DNA of 64,000 nucleotides, taken from positions 24,871 through 88,870 of IMG/VR virus record IMGVR_UViG_3300021431_000100; one strand, given 5' to 3'. Below are positions 9,501-19,486 of the stretch, in pieces (the first letter of the stretch is position 1; each line of letters begins with the position of its first letter). A model generated the notes under the pieces. The model did no database searches and was not told the origin of the DNA. It was given only the letters and a program-made list of their open reading frames with translations. Source of the DNA: a virus. Lineage: Duplodnaviria; Caudoviricetes. Position numbers and translations under genes: made by a program.

Positions 9501-9554
9501 AAAATCACTTCTTTGAACCAAGGTTATCGTGTATTTGTTAAAATGTTGTATTAA
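6531..9554 (+). CDS. Large virion structural / tail-fibre-like protein
   Basis: Repeated Y(T/S)KxE(V/I)D stalk motifs and KGVANGYASLDENGKVP motif typical of phage fibres. Confidence 0.6.
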   Translation: MNRPIKGDGYRRGQYAHVMFQASACDVPEMKVKINEGSFWVNNRTIVEYGGGQSPLIEAPKSGAKWVLVAINKLGKVTLYNGVPMPNNPEPPKVDKNVLPVAFVFVKSSSRVITNDMIYDARPLYAAGGYPEAHNVLAGREAEDCHPICAISGLQEALDDKISLEDVREEVARKADVDGTTAANFTLNIDDSGTPVEYCGIRVNRGNQPQVGLRFNEDEDMWQYTNDGTNWHAIGGGVGLTDLASYYNAGITQLSCEPENARHPIAVGDNDPRLKEIEKKIGRDELRRDYVSKDDIEKLLSEKADSDAVFNKEDAENIFLTRAEFRQNGGYTKSQLNDFFDAKANVSSVYTRKEVEEKLGNYYNKEDINILLEKIDDKCHCCCGKGSADVDLSDYYTAEQIDELIRHLDEKEYDIDEVDEKVSNLQTAIYDLRNMIGEGGSGTPINTYSKEEIDEKILQVVTSTQHNCKHCEQLSELTNYYTKADVNLLMSDKADINHGHTANQISQDSNHRMVTDDQITAWNNKAESLKYVAENVEKKGVANGYASLDENGKVPVEQLPTMNVGVGKGGVQFVDTYNELLSITEPDTDKIYFVTDASDDSTVDNGWAEYVFAKDAWLKIAEGEALDMELDYNNLKNIPDYFAVDPEILAKYGTIGTAGNVYTKTEVDNLLEGKSDANHNHDGDYITAEGLTTALADYVKTDNEKLHSANQLGSFSVSEANMEDGAVLTYNAEKDALEYKKITVTSENDGSDKYDVGNYRITEPETLEDGMAIVYETDDLGKGRLTYKKITASETSSDSTKVGTVEVDETDKAEGKVLTYENDKLVYKALPTIPDNLPEIDDTDKAEGKILALQNDGKLGYVDMPTGSSEGGSATNNGQKTFNLVSPDGLVKGQFRADSKNAVTIDYSGDTYTLTLDRSQNVQMIQFVTNNMIDKVLYINTEFTDGKKWSWQDGSYFDMPIPLISYIQVNGNQLQKTTSGSYGVDDCDKFKITSLNQGYRVFVKMLY

Positions 9555-9576
9555 TTGTTAAGTAGGTGAAGATAAT

Positions 9577-11940
9577 ATGAAGTTATTTAATGGCATCATT
9601 ACAATAGCTTCAACCCCTGAAGAGGTAGCAGGTGCTACCTCTCAGTGGAGTTTTGAAGCTGCTTTTCAAAGCAATGATGGGTTCTTAGTTAGTGATATTG
9701 AACTAAAGGACGTTATTGTTTTGAATGGTTATGATATTAATACCGACGAAAGTCAGTATTGTCGATATATTGTCGAAAAAATTGAACCAACTTCTACTAT
9801 TGGTCACGTTAAATTAACAGTTTCTTATGATGAGGAAATTGTTGACGACGTTGTTTTTGCTCCTAGTGACGCAGATGAAAATAAAATTGGTTTGATTGGT
9901 CGTAAGACTTCTGAAAATGGTTTTACTTTCCTCCCAACCGCAGCTGACGGTGTTGATGAAGCAAGCCTTGAAAAGGCTCGTAACATTGACCTTAAAAAAC
10001 GTGATGAATTATTTGCTGTATATGTAGACACTGCAATCAATGAAATTAGAAACAGTATTGGTCAAGGTGGTAGTTCTGAAGGTGGCTCTGCTACTGACGA
10101 TACCAAATTACCAATTGCAGGTGGTACAATTACAGGCGATTTAACTGTAGAAAATCAGACTACTTTAAACAAGACTCATATTAAAGCAGGTGACACTTCT
10201 GTTAACGTAACAAGTGATGGTGTTAAAACTGCAATTTCTAGCGTAAATGCAATAGATACTAAAACTGTAGAATCTGATAACGCAATTGAGGCTTCTGTTT
10301 CCCGTGTATCTCACAATGGAGCTTCTAATGTTACCGATTTGGCAAATGGTGCAACTGCAGAAAGACTTGTTGCTACTCGTGCAACCGAAACTGCAATGTC
10401 TTCTGAGGAGGTAAGTTCTGTTGAAGGTGAAGCAAAGCATATTCTTAATGTAAAAGGTACTAAGGCAGACATTCAGATTAATGCTACAGGTCGAACTTCT
10501 TCTCATATTAATGTATCTGCTGATAAAACTCACGGTCTTGTTGAAGTAGAAGCAAAAAATGTTAACTTGAATGGTGAAGTAACAGTAACAGGTGCTCAAA
10601 ATGTTTCCGATAATGTTACTGCTAATAAATTATTTATGACTTCCGAAGATACTGAGTTTGCTGATAATCAGCTCGTATCTAATTCACGCTTAAAGTCTTA
10701 TGTTATTAGCTATGTAGCTGAGAAGATTGCTGACGCTACTAATGGTGGTCTTACTAAGTCAGAAGTAGAGGAAATGTTAAAGGATTATGTTACCAACGTT
10801 GCATTACAAAGTTTGTTAGCACAAGCTTTGGCAGAAATTCCACCTGCTAACATTTTAACTAATGACGACAATCTTTTTGTTAGTGCTGCTCAGGTAAGTA
10901 CTTGGAATAATAAAATGGACACTTTCGACCTTTCTAAGTACGAAACTGTTGATATGAAAGGTGGAGCTAATGGTTATGCACCACTTAATGAAAACAGTAA
11001 AATTCCTGACGAATACTTGCCATTTAGCACAATGCTTGACGCTGTTGAACCTGTAAAGTTTATGGACAGTGATAGTTTTGATAGACACTACAATACTTTA
11101 AAAGAAGTTAAAGTTGGAGAAGAAACCAAGACAATTCGTATGGGTGATTTGAAGGGTTCTTTGTTTGTAGTATTTGCTCCAAATGATGAGGTTCTTAATG
11201 GTGACGGTGATTTACCTGATTGGCGTTTTGTTGGCGTATATTCTGCAAACCAAGAAGACGTAACTTTGGGTCGTGCTGAAGCTGTTGGTCAGCAATTGAA
11301 GCATGAATTTGGTACATATAATTCCTCACGTAAATTAATTGATTGGAAGAGTATTGCCAATGTTCCTACTTCTTTAGTTCAGACCGATAAGAATGGTAAA
11401 ATTTCTGAGGATGTATTACCTGAAATTGGTGCTAGAAACTATGGTGGTATTCAGTTCGATAAATATGGTCGTCCTGAATCATATACTACCCCTGAAGGTG
11501 GTACAGGTTCTAATAGTGGCGGTGCTCCTGCAATGCAGTGGTATCGTGTACCACATGCTAACGGTGACGATTTGCTTGCTTATTATGGTACAGGTGAAGG
11601 TATTACTGCTAAGATTTCCAACAACAAGATTGATATTACCGTTCCTAAAGGTGTAAGCTATAGAACTTTACAGGTATGGATTGACGAAGACCACATGCCA
11701 ACTGGCGGTATCGACATTAATCTTGACGTTACTAAGACTTATATTGGTGCGGTTGAACCTACCGAAGACGGTACTGTAATCATGACAGGTCCTATCCCTA
11801 CAGTAGATGTTTTCCGTCTTGACGGTGGTATAGGTTTGGTAAGAGACTATACTTATGTTTATAATGGTGACGGCACGCTTTCACTCGGTGGCGATAGCAT
11901 TAACGAAAACGAAGCCAAAATGTACGTAATAAGATTATAA
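9577..11940 (+). CDS. Tail-fibre-like virion protein
   Basis: KLPIAGGTITGDL and KGGANGYAPLNENSKIP motifs; the latter is shared with the upstream gene. Confidence 0.55.
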   Translation: MKLFNGIITIASTPEEVAGATSQWSFEAAFQSNDGFLVSDIELKDVIVLNGYDINTDESQYCRYIVEKIEPTSTIGHVKLTVSYDEEIVDDVVFAPSDADENKIGLIGRKTSENGFTFLPTAADGVDEASLEKARNIDLKKRDELFAVYVDTAINEIRNSIGQGGSSEGGSATDDTKLPIAGGTITGDLTVENQTTLNKTHIKAGDTSVNVTSDGVKTAISSVNAIDTKTVESDNAIEASVSRVSHNGASNVTDLANGATAERLVATRATETAMSSEEVSSVEGEAKHILNVKGTKADIQINATGRTSSHINVSADKTHGLVEVEAKNVNLNGEVTVTGAQNVSDNVTANKLFMTSEDTEFADNQLVSNSRLKSYVISYVAEKIADATNGGLTKSEVEEMLKDYVTNVALQSLLAQALAEIPPANILTNDDNLFVSAAQVSTWNNKMDTFDLSKYETVDMKGGANGYAPLNENSKIPDEYLPFSTMLDAVEPVKFMDSDSFDRHYNTLKEVKVGEETKTIRMGDLKGSLFVVFAPNDEVLNGDGDLPDWRFVGVYSANQEDVTLGRAEAVGQQLKHEFGTYNSSRKLIDWKSIANVPTSLVQTDKNGKISEDVLPEIGARNYGGIQFDKYGRPESYTTPEGGTGSNSGGAPAMQWYRVPHANGDDLLAYYGTGEGITAKISNNKIDITVPKGVSYRTLQVWIDEDHMPTGGIDINLDVTKTYIGAVEPTEDGTVIMTGPIPTVDVFRLDGGIGLVRDYTYVYNGDGTLSLGGDSINENEAKMYVIRL

Positions 11941-11952
11941 TTTATAATAAGT

Positions 11953-11986
11953 AAAAACGGCTCTATATAAATATAGGGTCGTTTTT
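11953..11986 (+). terminator. Terminator-like hairpin
   Basis: AAAAACGGCTCTATA / TATAGGGTCGTTTTT. Confidence 0.55.
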
Positions 11987-12002
11987 AGGAGGTGAAAAAA
12001 GT

Positions 12003-12701
12003 ATGAATTGTACTATTACTAGTGCCACTTTTAGTTCTATTGATGAGGAAGGAGTACAAACCTACACTAAAGTTAAAGTAGCAGACAATGTGTATGGCGG
12101 TAAATATTCTATTAAAGATATAAAATCAAATGACGTTGTATATGGATATACGACAAACAAAAGTACGGGTGCTCATATATTTGCCGTTTTTAAAATAGTA
12201 TCTGTGGCTAAACAAGGATTTGGTTGGAAAATACTAATAAAACGTTCTAATGCAATTGAAGAAAATGATAATAATATCCTTGATGCTTCTTTTGGAGCAT
12301 TTGCTTGTGATTGTGTAGATTTCATTGAGGACATTCCTAGCGGTTCGGGAGCAAAACTTAAAAGTGCTAACTTAACTGAAATGGCTAGAACATATAATTT
12401 GCTTCATTTACCAAAGGCTTTTGTTGACGTAATTAAGGTTGATGATATAGTTACCGATATGTCTGCCGAAGATAGAACTAAACGTCATTATTTTAATTTA
12501 CAGCACACACCATTAGAAGAAGAATTGGTTTATATGGAAATCAATGGCGTAAATTATTATGAACAGGCAGACGATATGATTATTGATAGAGAAAATAAAC
12601 GTATTTATTTTGACACACAAGACGACGATTTTTCTTTTAAAGATTTGCAAGATTCTGTCTCTACTATTCGTGTATTCTATCATTTTATTAAAGAAACCTA
12701 A
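12003..12701 (+). CDS. Hypothetical protein (possibly virion-associated)
   Basis: 232-aa ORF with GGAGG RBS. Confidence 0.7.
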   Translation: MNCTITSATFSSIDEEGVQTYTKVKVADNVYGGKYSIKDIKSNDVVYGYTTNKSTGAHIFAVFKIVSVAKQGFGWKILIKRSNAIEENDNNILDASFGAFACDCVDFIEDIPSGSGAKLKSANLTEMARTYNLLHLPKAFVDVIKVDDIVTDMSAEDRTKRHYFNLQHTPLEEELVYMEINGVNYYEQADDMIIDRENKRIYFDTQDDDFSFKDLQDSVSTIRVFYHFIKET

Positions 12702-12765
12702 CTAATTTGAGAGCAATTAAAATAATTGCTCTCTTTTTTTCTATAATATTAATGGTGATAGAAAT

Positions 12766-13335
12766 ATGATTGCAAACAATACTTTAATTTTAGGGTTGGA
12801 TATTTCCACTAAAAATACAGGTTGGAGTGTCGTTAAGTATACAGACGATAACTATGAGTTGCTTGATTATGGTGACATTCCTCGTGGGAAAATGGATATT
12901 GATGAAGTTCTTGTAAATTTTGAAAAAGAATTTCAAAAGATATTAGACAAATGGAATCCCGACGTTATTTCTGCAGAAGCTCCTTTCGTTGGGAGCAATC
13001 GACAAACTATTGAAAAATTATGCTATGTTCACGGTGTAATGCTTTTAATGGCTAAAAAAGAAAGAATTCCCGTTACTTACTATAGTGTTATGACACTTAA
13101 ATCAAAAGTGCTTGGTGGTATTAAAGCAAAGAAAGAAGACGGCACTAAGAAAACAGGTAAGGAAATGAAACAGGAAGTTCAGGATAAAATAATTGAAATT
13201 TTTGGTAAAGAAAACTTTATCAAAGAATATAATGACGACATTACAGATAGTATGTCCGCAGCTTATACATACATAGTAATGGACGGATTACCTGTTGAGA
13301 AAAAGAAGAAAACAAGAAAGAAAAAATCTTCTTGA
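12766..13335 (+). CDS. ruvC: RuvC-like Holliday junction resolvase
   Basis: ILGLDISTKNTGW, ISAEAPF and DDITDS acidic catalytic motifs. Confidence 0.8.
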   Translation: MIANNTLILGLDISTKNTGWSVVKYTDDNYELLDYGDIPRGKMDIDEVLVNFEKEFQKILDKWNPDVISAEAPFVGSNRQTIEKLCYVHGVMLLMAKKERIPVTYYSVMTLKSKVLGGIKAKKEDGTKKTGKEMKQEVQDKIIEIFGKENFIKEYNDDITDSMSAAYTYIVMDGLPVEKKKKTRKKKSS

Positions 13336-13360
13336 CAGTAGACAAATGTTAATATAAAAT
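13332..13360 (+). promoter_or_regulatory. Sigma-A-like promoter
   Basis: TTGACA-N17-TAAAAT. Confidence 0.65.
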
Positions 13361-13396
13361 AAAATATATAAACGATAAAGAAAGAAGGATTTTGAA

Positions 13397-13858
13397 ATGG
13401 CGAACAAAAAACGGTTAATTACAGCTTATCAAGACGCTGAGTCTGCATTAAAGAAAGTTCTTCCACATGGTAGCGGAATTGATTATGATTGGAGTTTTGA
13501 GGTCAAAGGCGATACTATTGTGGCTAATAACGGTTGGCATTATATGGATGCTAATGGTATGTATGTTGGTGGAATGGGATTTGACATCGTACTTAAATCT
13601 GATGGTAGTTATTCTGACCCTAATTTTCATTTAGACGACCTTGTTAAGAGTGAAGTAGGTAAGGAAGTTGCTTATGAACACTTTGTAGATGATGAAGAAT
13701 ATGAAAATCCACAGGATTTGTCAGAAGAAGAAATCCGTAGGGCACTTGAATTTGAAACTGATTTAATTTCTGATATTATTTTTGAAATGTTTGAAACTGT
13801 AGATAAAGAAGTTCTTGCAAAAGCAGTTAAAGATTATATTGCGGAAGAACAGGCTTGA
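13397..13858 (+). CDS. Acidic hypothetical protein in its own promoter-terminator cassette
   Basis: 153-aa ORF with LPHGSGID motif and D/E-rich C-terminal half. Confidence 0.75.
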   Translation: MANKKRLITAYQDAESALKKVLPHGSGIDYDWSFEVKGDTIVANNGWHYMDANGMYVGGMGFDIVLKSDGSYSDPNFHLDDLVKSEVGKEVAYEHFVDDEEYENPQDLSEEEIRRALEFETDLISDIIFEMFETVDKEVLAKAVKDYIAEEQA

Positions 13859-13869
13859 TACAAAATTTT

Positions 13870-13898
13870 AAGGCACTCTTAACAGAGTGTCTTTTTTT
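13870..13898 (+). terminator. Intrinsic terminator
   Basis: AGGCACTCT / AGAGTGTCT with T-run. Confidence 0.7.
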
Positions 13899-13972
13899 AT
13901 TGCTATTGACAGTTTTAGGTATTTTTGATAAGATATTAACGAGAGAAATATATTAAGAAAGAAGGAATTTTT

Positions 13973-15103
13973 TTGAAAATCGTTTGTTTTGCCGACACAC
14001 ATGCGGGGGTTAAAAATTATGGTAAGATAGATAAAACTACAGGCATGAACGAAAGAGAAGTACAAACTTTAAATTTGTTAAATGAAGTGGTTGAATATTC
14101 TATAAATAACAAAGTAGATTGTGTAGTGTTTGCAGGAGATATGTATCATAAGAATATGCCGTCTCCAACATTAGTTAATAGTGTTAATGAAATAATGGTT
14201 AAGTTATCCGATAATAAAATCAGAACATTTGTTCTTGACGGTAATCATGACGTGTCTAAAATGGAAACATTTAATTCAGGGTTGACACAGTTTGACACAT
14301 TACATATTCCGTATTTTACACACAGTCGTTTTTATAAGGAAGAGTTGTTTGATTGTGAAGGTACAACTTATCGTTTTATATTTTTGCCAACCTATCATAC
14401 AAAAGATGAAATTGCAGAATATATGGCTAAGTTGGATAATAAATATCCAACATTTATTATTTTTCATGGTTCTATTCTTAATGCTCAGTTAAATGATTGG
14501 AATACTATGGATAGTAATACAAGTATTCCTAAAGAAGTTTTTAATAAGCCTAATGTATTGAGCGTAATTATGGGTCATTTCCACAAATATCAGGTGCTTG
14601 AAGAAAAACCTTTGGTATTCTATACAGGTTCTACAAATCGTATAGATTTTTCTGAGGAAAAGCAGAAGAAGGGCTTCGTTATTCTTGACGTTAATAATAC
14701 TGAGGTAAATCATGCTTTTGTAGAACTCGATAAGGCACAGAAGTTTAAGACTATTATGCTTGATTGTACTAATATGAGTACTGCACAGGAAATTGAAAAT
14801 TGCATTAGTGACGCTTTGGATTCAACAATTATTAAAGACTGTATTCTTCGTATTAGATTGAATTTAAATGAGAATATTATTGTTGACGAGAAGAAAATTC
14901 TTGAAAAAGCATATAACCAAGGCGTGTATTATATGCTTAAAATTCAAAAGACTTTACCAAATATAGAAACTATTGTAGAGGACGGCATTAGCAATATGCT
15001 TTCCGTTCAAGAGTCTTTGAAGAAATATTTTGACGGACAAAAACGAATGTCCGAGCGTGTTAATTTAGGAATGGCTATTGTTAAGGAAATTGAGGGAGAA
15101 TAA
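13973..15103 (+). CDS. sbcD: SbcD/Mre11 (gp47-like) nuclease
   Basis: FADTH, FAGDMYH, DGNHD, MGHFH and YTGS..RIDFSE motifs. Confidence 0.9.
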   Translation: MKIVCFADTHAGVKNYGKIDKTTGMNEREVQTLNLLNEVVEYSINNKVDCVVFAGDMYHKNMPSPTLVNSVNEIMVKLSDNKIRTFVLDGNHDVSKMETFNSGLTQFDTLHIPYFTHSRFYKEELFDCEGTTYRFIFLPTYHTKDEIAEYMAKLDNKYPTFIIFHGSILNAQLNDWNTMDSNTSIPKEVFNKPNVLSVIMGHFHKYQVLEEKPLVFYTGSTNRIDFSEEKQKKGFVILDVNNTEVNHAFVELDKAQKFKTIMLDCTNMSTAQEIENCISDALDSTIIKDCILRIRLNLNENIIVDEKKILEKAYNQGVYYMLKIQKTLPNIETIVEDGISNMLSVQESLKKYFDGQKRMSERVNLGMAIVKEIEGE

Positions 15104-15505
15104 ATGTACGTAAAACCTGTTACTTGTAATATGATGTTATATTATGGTGTGTTTACGAACGAAGCAGAAATCTCCAATATTTTGCATGTTAAAAAGTTGA
15201 AGTTGGAAGATTTTTATGGCTATATCTATAGTAGGGATTTACAATTTCAGCGTGTAGGTAATAGCAAAAATTCTAAAGAGTTGGTTGTTGGTAAACAGCT
15301 TGATTATTACAATGATTTTGTTGCCATGAAGATTATACATGTTGGTTCTGAAATTAAGTGTACACATATGAATGGCAAGGACATTAAACTTAAATTGACA
15401 TCACAGGAAGAAAATGAAGTAAACACCAAATTGTTGGAATTAGGGTTCTTTCCTAACACCAATTATTATTTGTTTCATAATTATGATTCAAAATTGATAA
15501 AATGA
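15104..15505 (+). CDS. Hypothetical protein
   Basis: 133-aa ORF coupled between sbcD and sbcC. Confidence 0.7.
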   Translation: MYVKPVTCNMMLYYGVFTNEAEISNILHVKKLKLEDFYGYIYSRDLQFQRVGNSKNSKELVVGKQLDYYNDFVAMKIIHVGSEIKCTHMNGKDIKLKLTSQEENEVNTKLLELGFFPNTNYYLFHNYDSKLIK

Positions 15506-15519
15506 GAGGGAAATAAAAT

Positions 15520-17580
15520 ATGTTACCAAAGTATTTAAAAATTAAAGGATTTAGAAGTTATATAGATACTGAAATTGATTTTGCACAATTCGGTGATATG
15601 TTTTGTGTAATTGGTCAAAACGGAGCAGGTAAATCTTCCATTATAGAAATGATTACAACTGCTTTGTATTGGGTAAATTCTTGCACTGATTCTAAAGGAG
15701 CAGGAATGGACGAATGTATTAATTCTGATTGCGACCATTTTGAAATTGAATTTTGTTTTGTAATGAATGGGATTGAATACATTATCAAAACTACAAAATA
15801 CCGTGGCGAGAGCCGTGAATTGGAGTTTTACATTGACGGTGTAAATCAGTCTGAAAAAGTAACTGAAACTCAGGAAAAAATTAACAATGTTTTAAAAATG
15901 GATTATGATACTTTCCTTGACACTGTTTGTATTGGACAGGGAAAATCTAGCCGTTTTATGTCCAAAAAACCTGCCGAACGTAAGCAGACATTAATGCAGA
16001 TTCTTGACGTTCAGAAATATGAACAGTATGAGAAGCTTGCCAAAGAAAAGAAAAAAGCTATTAAAGAGCAAATGGACGCTATTGATTATAAAATTGATTT
16101 GATTGGGAATAATGAAATTAATGAAGATGAAGTTAAAAGCACTATTGCTAATAACGAAATTGCGATTTCTGCTCATAAAAAATCAGTAGAAAAATTGAAG
16201 AAACAACTCGAACAAGAGTTGGAAGAAAAAGCAAAGTACAAGTCTATTATTGAATTGAATAATAATGCTAAAATGTCACAAGCTTCGGCAAACAGAAATT
16301 ATGAAAATTTGTTGAGCAAATTAAATAATGCTAAACAGAAAAAAGAAGAAATGGGTAATTCTGCTATGCCTAACGTTGAAGCTTATAAAGAAGACATTCT
16401 TAAATATAAGCAACAATATGAAGACAACGAAACCAAGTTGAATGAATTGAAAGAAAAAATTCACAACTTAAAAACACAAGCACAAATTCATCAAAATTAT
16501 ATTAATGATTATCGTAAGCAATTTGAAGATTTTAAGTCTTATGATAAAGCTATTTGCGAATTGTGTGGTAATGAAATTACTGAAAGCCATAAAGAATCTC
16601 ATTTAAGGAAAATTAAGGCACAGGCAAAAGAACATAGTATTAAGAAGAAAGAATTTTTGGCACAAGCAGAAACATTAGCAGAAGATGTTAACTTGATGAC
16701 AACACAGAATAATGAATATCGTCACAAAATTGATTTTGGTAAAGAACAAATTCACCAAGCACAGTTACAGAAAAGTAAATATGACGATATAATAAATATG
16801 TTCAATTCTTTGAATGAAATGTTTGAAGAAGCTAAAAAGCAAAAAGAACAAGCTGACAAAATGGAAATTTTGAACATTGAAGAAAAGCAATTTAATGATG
16901 ATGAAATTCGCCATAAAATTACTGCAGAAGAATCTGAAATGTTAACGTTAGTTTCTGAAAATGCTCGTTTGCAGGAAAGCATTAACAATTACAACCAAAA
17001 CAAATTGCAATTGGAAGAACTGCAAAAAGAATATGCTGTATTGAAACAAAAACATACAGACTTAACAGCAGTTGCAACAGCTTTTGGTAAATCAGGTATT
17101 CCTGCTTCTATTATTGCTCATGATATTCCTGAGATGGAAGCAGAAACCAATAAAATTCTTAAAGTGATTTCCAATGATACTATGTCTATTCAGTTTATTA
17201 CCACAAAACAAACTGCAAAAGGTAAGAAAACAACAGATACTTTGGAGATTGTTGTAAATGACACTAATGGGGCACGAGCCTATGAAACATATTCAGGTGG
17301 CGAAAAGTTCCGTATAGATTTTGCTTGTCATATTGGCATGGCGAAATTCCTCACCAAACGTGCAGGAGCAAGTATCGACTTCTTGATTATTGATGAAGGT
17401 CTTGGAAGTCAGGACGATTTTGCCAAGCAAAAGTTCATTGAAAGCATTAATGCCTTGAAGGGTTTATTTAAGCAAATTATGGTAATTACACATATTCAAG
17501 ATTTACAGAATGCTTTCGATAAGAGAGTTCTTGTAGAAAAAGACCAACTCAATGGTTCAAAGGTGGAGATTATTTCTTGA
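15520..17580 (+). CDS. sbcC: SbcC/Rad50 (gp46-like) SMC ATPase
   Basis: GQNGAGKSS Walker A, coiled coil with CELC zinc hook, YSGGE signature and LIIDEG Walker B. Confidence 0.92.
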   Translation: MLPKYLKIKGFRSYIDTEIDFAQFGDMFCVIGQNGAGKSSIIEMITTALYWVNSCTDSKGAGMDECINSDCDHFEIEFCFVMNGIEYIIKTTKYRGESRELEFYIDGVNQSEKVTETQEKINNVLKMDYDTFLDTVCIGQGKSSRFMSKKPAERKQTLMQILDVQKYEQYEKLAKEKKKAIKEQMDAIDYKIDLIGNNEINEDEVKSTIANNEIAISAHKKSVEKLKKQLEQELEEKAKYKSIIELNNNAKMSQASANRNYENLLSKLNNAKQKKEEMGNSAMPNVEAYKEDILKYKQQYEDNETKLNELKEKIHNLKTQAQIHQNYINDYRKQFEDFKSYDKAICELCGNEITESHKESHLRKIKAQAKEHSIKKKEFLAQAETLAEDVNLMTTQNNEYRHKIDFGKEQIHQAQLQKSKYDDIINMFNSLNEMFEEAKKQKEQADKMEILNIEEKQFNDDEIRHKITAEESEMLTLVSENARLQESINNYNQNKLQLEELQKEYAVLKQKHTDLTAVATAFGKSGIPASIIAHDIPEMEAETNKILKVISNDTMSIQFITTKQTAKGKKTTDTLEIVVNDTNGARAYETYSGGEKFRIDFACHIGMAKFLTKRAGASIDFLIIDEGLGSQDDFAKQKFIESINALKGLFKQIMVITHIQDLQNAFDKRVLVEKDQLNGSKVEIIS

Positions 17581-17638
17581 CCAAAATTTTGAACAAAAAA
17601 TATAATACAGATATACAAAATAAAAAGGTGGGAAGAAA

Positions 17639-18349
17639 ATGTTTATTGACGTAGAGTTTGACGAAATCGAGACTCCAAAGAAAGAAACAAAGAAAACTAA
17701 AGAGGCTAAGGAAAAGACTTTTTCTGAAGTTTTGGACGACCTTGACGAGGAATATGGTGGCAAGAGTTGTAGTTTTGTAGAAGTAGAAAATATTGGTAAG
17801 ACCATGTTACGTGCTTTGCCAAAGCTTAATTTTACAAAACTTCGTAATGAAATGAGCCACATGCATGTAAATGTATTTGAGAATCCTACTACATTTCAGC
17901 TTACCGAAGCTATGGCACAGGTACAGGTTTATAAGAACCGTTTGGCTGAAATTATGACTTTGGTAGAACACGAATATATTACTCGTAAGCGTGTAAATGA
18001 TATTTTGTTTGACGCAAACCAAGCAATCTCTAAGCAGAGTTCAGCAGATAAGCGTAAAGGTGAAGCAACTTTGCGTTTTCCAACACTGCTTATGAAGTTT
18101 AGCGAGATTGAAAGTTTCCGTTATGAAGTGAATAGTGTTATGAATAATCTTCGGTCTATTGGTGATACAATTTCTCGTCAAACTACTGTAATGCAAATGC
18201 AGATTAACCTTGGCGAATATCGCAAAAAGACAGCAGAAGATTTTAGAAATCGTGGTGAAGGTGAAGACCCACTTGATTATAAATCAGGTGCTCCACAGTT
18301 ATTTGACGAAAGCCCAATTAAAGAGCAGTCTTGGACAGAAGATTTCTAA
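17639..18349 (+). CDS. Hypothetical helical protein, possibly a UvsY-like recombination mediator
   Basis: Long amphipathic helices, acidic termini and position after sbcCD; the UvsY call is contextual only. Confidence 0.3.
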   Translation: MFIDVEFDEIETPKKETKKTKEAKEKTFSEVLDDLDEEYGGKSCSFVEVENIGKTMLRALPKLNFTKLRNEMSHMHVNVFENPTTFQLTEAMAQVQVYKNRLAEIMTLVEHEYITRKRVNDILFDANQAISKQSSADKRKGEATLRFPTLLMKFSEIESFRYEVNSVMNNLRSIGDTISRQTTVMQMQINLGEYRKKTAEDFRNRGEGEDPLDYKSGAPQLFDESPIKEQSWTEDF

Positions 18350-18415
18350 GTAATGTAAAGGGCACAATCAGCCAATTGTGCCCTTTTTATATTAATTATA
18401 AAAGGCGGTGAAAAA

Positions 18416-19486
18416 ATGAAGTTGTCAAAAAGTTCACAAGCTAATGTGGAACAGTTTATGGAAAATCGTATGGCAGTGGATGCAATTGGTAAGGCTTTGT
18501 CAAGAGCCAAAAGTTACGGTTTTACGAACGCAGAACGTCAGCCGTTAATTATCCAAAAGTTAAAAATTGTTAATGCCTACAAGGAATCCAAAGAACGAAT
18601 TCTTGCTGATTTTATTAATTGTAATGTAATGGAATTGACAGAAAATTGGTATGCTATTTTATGTTTAAATGGAAGTAAAAAAGATATATTGGTTTGTCCT
18701 TTAAATAAGAAAAACATTGCGGATATTCAACATGATTTTATTACAGGCAAGTTAAAGCCTCAATGTGAATATGGACAGTTTATTAAGCAAAATACAAACC
18801 ATAAAGCACTTGACCAATATAAAATTGATACTTTTAAAGTAGCAGATAAGATTATGGAAGAATTTTTGGATTGTATATGTACAATTACACGAAACAAACA
18901 GGAATATTCTCTTACGTCACATTGTTTGCGTCGTTGGAATGAAAGAATTTATGAAAACGACGAGAAGTTAAACAAAGATACCCGTAAAAATGCAGTGGGG
19001 GATTTAGCCAAATCTTTCGCAGAAGCTCAGTTGGTATATGAAAACAGTGACGGTAGATTTTTCTTTAATAAAGAGGACGTAATTTTCTTTGTTGTTTCAC
19101 AGGATGATAGCGTAGTTACATTGTGGAAAAGCAAATTTGGCTTTACTTGTGAAGATATTGACCGTGTTACTACATTAATGCAACTTGACTATATTAATCA
19201 AATTCAAAAAGAATTTTATGCTTACAAAGAAGAATGTGATAAAGAAGTCGAAAGACTGAAAGAAGAAGAAAATTCTTATATTAATAGTGTTCATTATCTT
19301 GAAGAACAGATTGAAAGCTTAATTAATCTTAAAAATAAAATTCAAGAAAAACGTGAACAGCTTGGACAACATATTAGTGACGTTAAAAATAGTATTACGG
19401 GAAAATACAAGATTTTGAAGAAAGAAGAAAGCTTGTTATTTAAACCGCATAAGATGGTGACTGACGTAAATGAAGAAGAAGATTAG
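18416..19486 (+). CDS. Hypothetical protein with C-terminal coiled coil
   Basis: 356-aa ORF; HCLRRWNER segment. Confidence 0.7.
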   Translation: MKLSKSSQANVEQFMENRMAVDAIGKALSRAKSYGFTNAERQPLIIQKLKIVNAYKESKERILADFINCNVMELTENWYAILCLNGSKKDILVCPLNKKNIADIQHDFITGKLKPQCEYGQFIKQNTNHKALDQYKIDTFKVADKIMEEFLDCICTITRNKQEYSLTSHCLRRWNERIYENDEKLNKDTRKNAVGDLAKSFAEAQLVYENSDGRFFFNKEDVIFFVVSQDDSVVTLWKSKFGFTCEDIDRVTTLMQLDYINQIQKEFYAYKEECDKEVERLKEEENSYINSVHYLEEQIESLINLKNKIQEKREQLGQHISDVKNSITGKYKILKKEESLLFKPHKMVTDVNEEED

